DNA of 64,000 nt from the human T2T-CHM13v2.0 reference genome, Homo sapiens, in assembly GCF_009914755.1 (NCBI RefSeq), contig NC_060925.1; one strand, given 5' to 3'. This document shows positions 57,201 through 64,000 of the stretch, in pieces (the first letter of the stretch is position 1; each line of letters begins with the position of its first letter). Position numbers and translations under genes: made by a program. The notes under the pieces were generated by a model. It was not told where the DNA came from. It did no database searches and was given only the letters and a program-made list of their open reading frames with translations.

Positions 57201-58547
57201 GATACATAATGAATAACTTCAAACAAGCATTCAAAATTTGAAGTTAAGAACAAGAATTTCCTTTCCTTTGGTGAAAATAGAACAAATTTGGCAAATAAAA
57301 TAATTTAAAATAATAAGTTTTTCAAGCTTGTGGGAAGTAAATTATATTGAGCCTAAAGTGTCTATCATTATTTCAATTTAAGTGCCTTCTGCACTCTTTC
57401 CTATATATGTGAATGTGCATGTGTTTGTAAGTGCAACACACAAAATATATACAGGACAATGAAATTCATTCCCCATTAATAAAAAAAAGTTAAAAACACA
57501 AGGAACAACAACGAAAACTTCAAATGAATTCACCCCATTGAAAAATGCTTGAATACTGTTTCTCCCGAAGCACCTGTAAATGAATAAAGGTTATCCTCAT
57601 GAAGTCAGCTGCAAGAAAGACATCTTTAGCTTATGCCATGCAGGACTGATTCTTAACCAGCTCTGAAAGAATCTTACCCACAGGGAGGATTTCATGTGAA
57701 AATGTCACACCACAGCTGGATAACACCATTTATATAGGTGATAGTAATCACTGATTTGGGGGCTATCTTAAGATGCCCTCATTATTTGGGAATGAAGTCA
57801 GAAAAAAAGGTCAAAATTTCAAACTAAAACAAGAAAAAAAGAAATTAAACTGGGAAAAATAATGGGTCACGCAGTTAAGGATGGAGTTTATAATTGTTAC
57901 TGAGATTAGGGTTTTTTTCCAATCAAATAAGTCAAAGATTTTCTTCTTCCTTTCCTCTCTCCAAACCCAATAAACTATTCAGCTGTGTGATGATACATGA
58001 ATTAACTGCTGTTTGATGCAACAGAAGTTTTCTGCATGGATTCTAGAAAAAGGAAAGGTCGTAACAACTTAGTGTTACATCTATACTGTCCAAAGAAAGG
58101 TACAGAATTATTTAGAATCAATGGTTTAGACAGAGTACTTATATGGTGGAGAGCTGAATCAGCCATCCTTGTTTGATAAAAAATATTCCTTTTGGATACC
58201 AAACAAGATTTCCTTTTATACTGTTCTCACTATGAAATCATCTGGTATATAATTCAACTTTTTAATGGAGCAATACTATGATGTATTTCTCCCATAATTG
58301 AAATTCAAGTTTATAAATCACTTTATTATGAGTTTGTTTCATATATTTAAGCACCGCCCCCCAGAGTTTAATCATCTGTAGATGAATTAGAAAAAGTGCT
58401 TCTAAAATAGCAAAGCTGAGGATAAGACCTTGGAGTGAGGTCCTAATTTGCTCTCTTGATGTAACTTTTAAGCTACAGCAGGTAGAAGTTATCTTTCTAT
58501 AGTCTTATTGACTTCTTTTATTTAACAAAAGAGACCTCCCTCTGAAA

Positions 58548-58792
58548 CAGTAACTCTCAAAATATTTTGAAGTTAACTAAGTAAAAAGTGCGTTTTACAT
58601 TATGGCATATATAAGTGTATATTATGTGTATAACTGAAAAAGAAGTTTGGCCAAACAATGCTTATCCCAACTATATGCAAAGCATTCTGACATTTCTTAT
58701 TCTATTTCATTATTTAAAATGTTGATTACAGTTCACTAAACTTGATTGCATAGTATACTCATGAGTTGGGAACCAACCTTTGAAAGACATTG
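58548..58792. mobile_element. Possible hAT-Charlie (MER119-like) relic
   Basis: Degenerate termini cagtaactctcaaaa ... tttgaaagacattg. Confidence 0.4.
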
Positions 58793-61149
58793 CTCTCAAA
58801 TCCAGGCTACTTATATCGGAAATAATTCCACTGACATTCCTTAGCTGAGATCCCGTTTTCCCAATGCAAGTCACTGTCCCTTATTAGCTAATGCATTTTC
58901 TCTAGAAGAACATTCCTGAAATGTGCCCAGTTTTCTACAGCAGGTATACTACTCCAGGTGCCTCACTATTTCCGTATTTAAACAAAACATAATCTTCATT
59001 TCAAAGAGCAGAAATCTTATTCTGAGAAAAATAATAACAATTGAATAAACAGCTAAAGAATATATTGAAAGGGGAAAATATCCTTCACTGGCAATGAAAA
59101 GTATGTATTGTGTTCAGGTGGCTATCCAAAATTAAACTCTATTTAGTTTTCACTTTTTAAAAATCTGTGATTCATGCAGCGTCTCTGAAAGCAGACATTG
59201 CCATGCTCTGAGACAACACTTGAGCAGATATTAGCACTGTGCTATGGTAAATTTTTTAAAAATCTTATAAAAATATCTAGCTTATTTTGTGTAACTTTCA
59301 GTATTAAGGCAGCATTTGAAGTCCTGACAACCATATTTGATACAACTCTCGTAAAATTTGAAACCATTATTATTTAACACAATTTTGCTAGGCTAAGTTT
59401 TGCTATAACTCATACTGAAGGTACTCTGTTATAGAACTTGCTCTGTCCTAAAATATATTATCATTGCCTATTTAAACTGCTTTTCAGATTCTATTACTTT
59501 TAAACTTAAGCAAGCATTACTTTAAAGGAGGAAAACTATATTAATTCTGTCAATGTGGAGAAAGGCTATTTTCAAAACAGATTGTTTAATGTGAAGAAAC
59601 TTAATATAGAACCTATTAGAAATGAGGTACAAGTCCTTTAAAATGTTAGGGATTTTTTGTTGTTTAAAATGAAAGTTCTACCCAGGCTTACCTAAGCTTA
59701 TAGCCCAAGTGAATATTTATATATGAATTTATAAATCTTAGAAATAGAGTTTTATGGAAATGCTAACAGGCCCTGAGGTATGACTGAGCTTGTTTTCAGG
59801 TACTGCTATAATTTCCAGTGTGTGTATGCTTAAAGACTGCAACACAAAAGACTTTTTCTAATGCTGTAATTTTGTAGTTTTATTAGACTGAGTTATAGTA
59901 TGGGAGAATATTCAGACATTGCAGCTTAAATGAGAAAACATGAATGGTGTTACTTATATAAAATACTACTGCAATAGTTCTTTTATTAATTTTTAATGTT
60001 CAGCACCCTCTGTGACCTCCTTTATTCTCTTGCTGTCAACATGGCAGGCTGGAAAAATTGAAATGGGCTGACAGAAAACATAGTGCATGTTACAGCCCAA
60101 CTCTGGAGTCTCTTGACTCTCTTTCTGTGGCACATGCTAACGCGGTCCACGTTATTCTGCATTACAATAATATTTAAGGCCCTGTTTGATAGCTCCTGAT
60201 AAAAGCGAGCTGTGTCTGGAGCCTGAGCAGGTGCTCCTCGTCAGCCTTCTTCTTTCTGACATTGTGGGAATGGCATTCAATTAAAAGCAGAATATAACCG
60301 TTTTTGTTCTTCATGGCTCACAGGCATACTTCATACTCTCAAAACTGAATACCTCAGCATGGATAGAGCTTTATTTGTGTCTGTCCAGCCTCTTCCAAAA
60401 GCACATTTTGGTCTGATTCAGCAATGCTTTTCTTGAACAGTGGGGCACTGTTATGTTATGTATATTTACCACTTTCTCTATCACCAAGGAGACTAATCCC
60501 AAACCAGTACAGTCAAGAACCTTACAGCATTGTCTTTGCAAGACCAAGTTCATGTTGTCACAGTCACAGAGTGCACAGGGTAAAGATACTGAACAGGACC
60601 TTGAGATTAAAACCTCTCTTTCTTTTTCAAATTCAAGCGTATGCTGATGAGAAAGAGCGTGCAAAGGTGTGAGGTCTGCAAATGTCTTGTCAGCTGATGC
60701 TTAATTCAGTGTTTTAATGGCTTGTTTGGGACAGTTGGGACAAGGTTTTTGAAGAAGGTAGATGTCTAAATTCTAGGAAGAATGAAAACTAGTCCAGACC
60801 ATGAAAAAGATATTATAATGAGGGTACTTATATTTTTCTCTCAGAGGGCCCTCATATTAACCCTTACTAGTAAGTGGCAAAAGAACTGAGAGACGATGAG
60901 AAATTCTTAGGAAAGCATGGACCACAAGAGAATAGAATTTGTGCAAGACCTTATCTTGATATTCTCTCATCCTGTGCTGTCACTTGAGCTTTCATATTCA
61001 ATCCGTTCTGTCATAACTATTAGGAATATTGATCAGCTATGAGTTATAAGAATTTGGGATCATAAAGGGCACAAAACTCTTGCAACATGACCTTCTGATT
61101 TTTCAGCAACCTCCAAGAAAGCACAATGCAAGAAGTGGGCAACACCTAC

Positions 61150-61269
61150 CAGACACTCCTCCATATGTAGTTCGCTTTGCAATCCCCACTGCTGGCCAAG
61201 GTGTGCCATCAGATTTTAATCCCATCAGACCTGAGACAGTGTTGGTGGCTGTAACGCCATTGGCACCAC
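61150..61269 (-). CDS. DPYD: DPYD coding exon 18 (120 bp), (G)[39 protein letters not shown](G), residues ~727-767
   Basis: Minus strand reads ...gtcttgcatAG|GTGGTGCCAAT...GGAGTGTCTG|GTaggt, phase 1-1. Contains the substrate-binding N736/T737 (ATNTV) of DPYD. Confidence 0.97.

Positions 61270-64000
<2,731 letters not shown>

Overview
Primate (human-like) genomic DNA, AT-rich and repeat-dense. Two minus-strand coding exons near the right end (62068-62188 and 61150-61269) translate to [82 protein letters not shown] recognise this as dihydropyrimidine dehydrogenase (DPYD; exons 17 and 18 by recalled numbering). The ORF track does not list them. Positions 1-61149 are therefore one long DPYD intron filled with Alu, L1, L2, MIR, MaLR LTR and DNA-transposon relics. 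Highlights: (i) a plus-strand candidate antisense exon of the same length as DPYD exon 17, offset 12 nt, plus an L2-derived 64-nt exon, both probably DPYD-AS1; (ii) a near-full-length L1PA3-like element whose 5' inversion points the L1 antisense promoter/ORF0 into ORF2 and towards those exons; (iii) two more 5'-inverted L1s; (iv) an 88-bp palindrome, not assigned to any repeat, that pairs better in DPYD-sense RNA; (v) a MaLR provirus with discordant LTRs. No prokaryotic-type systems, CRISPR arrays, tRNA or rRNA genes were seen. Repeat subfamily calls and exon numbers come from memory of consensus sequences, not from searches. Boundaries of old repeats are approximate.
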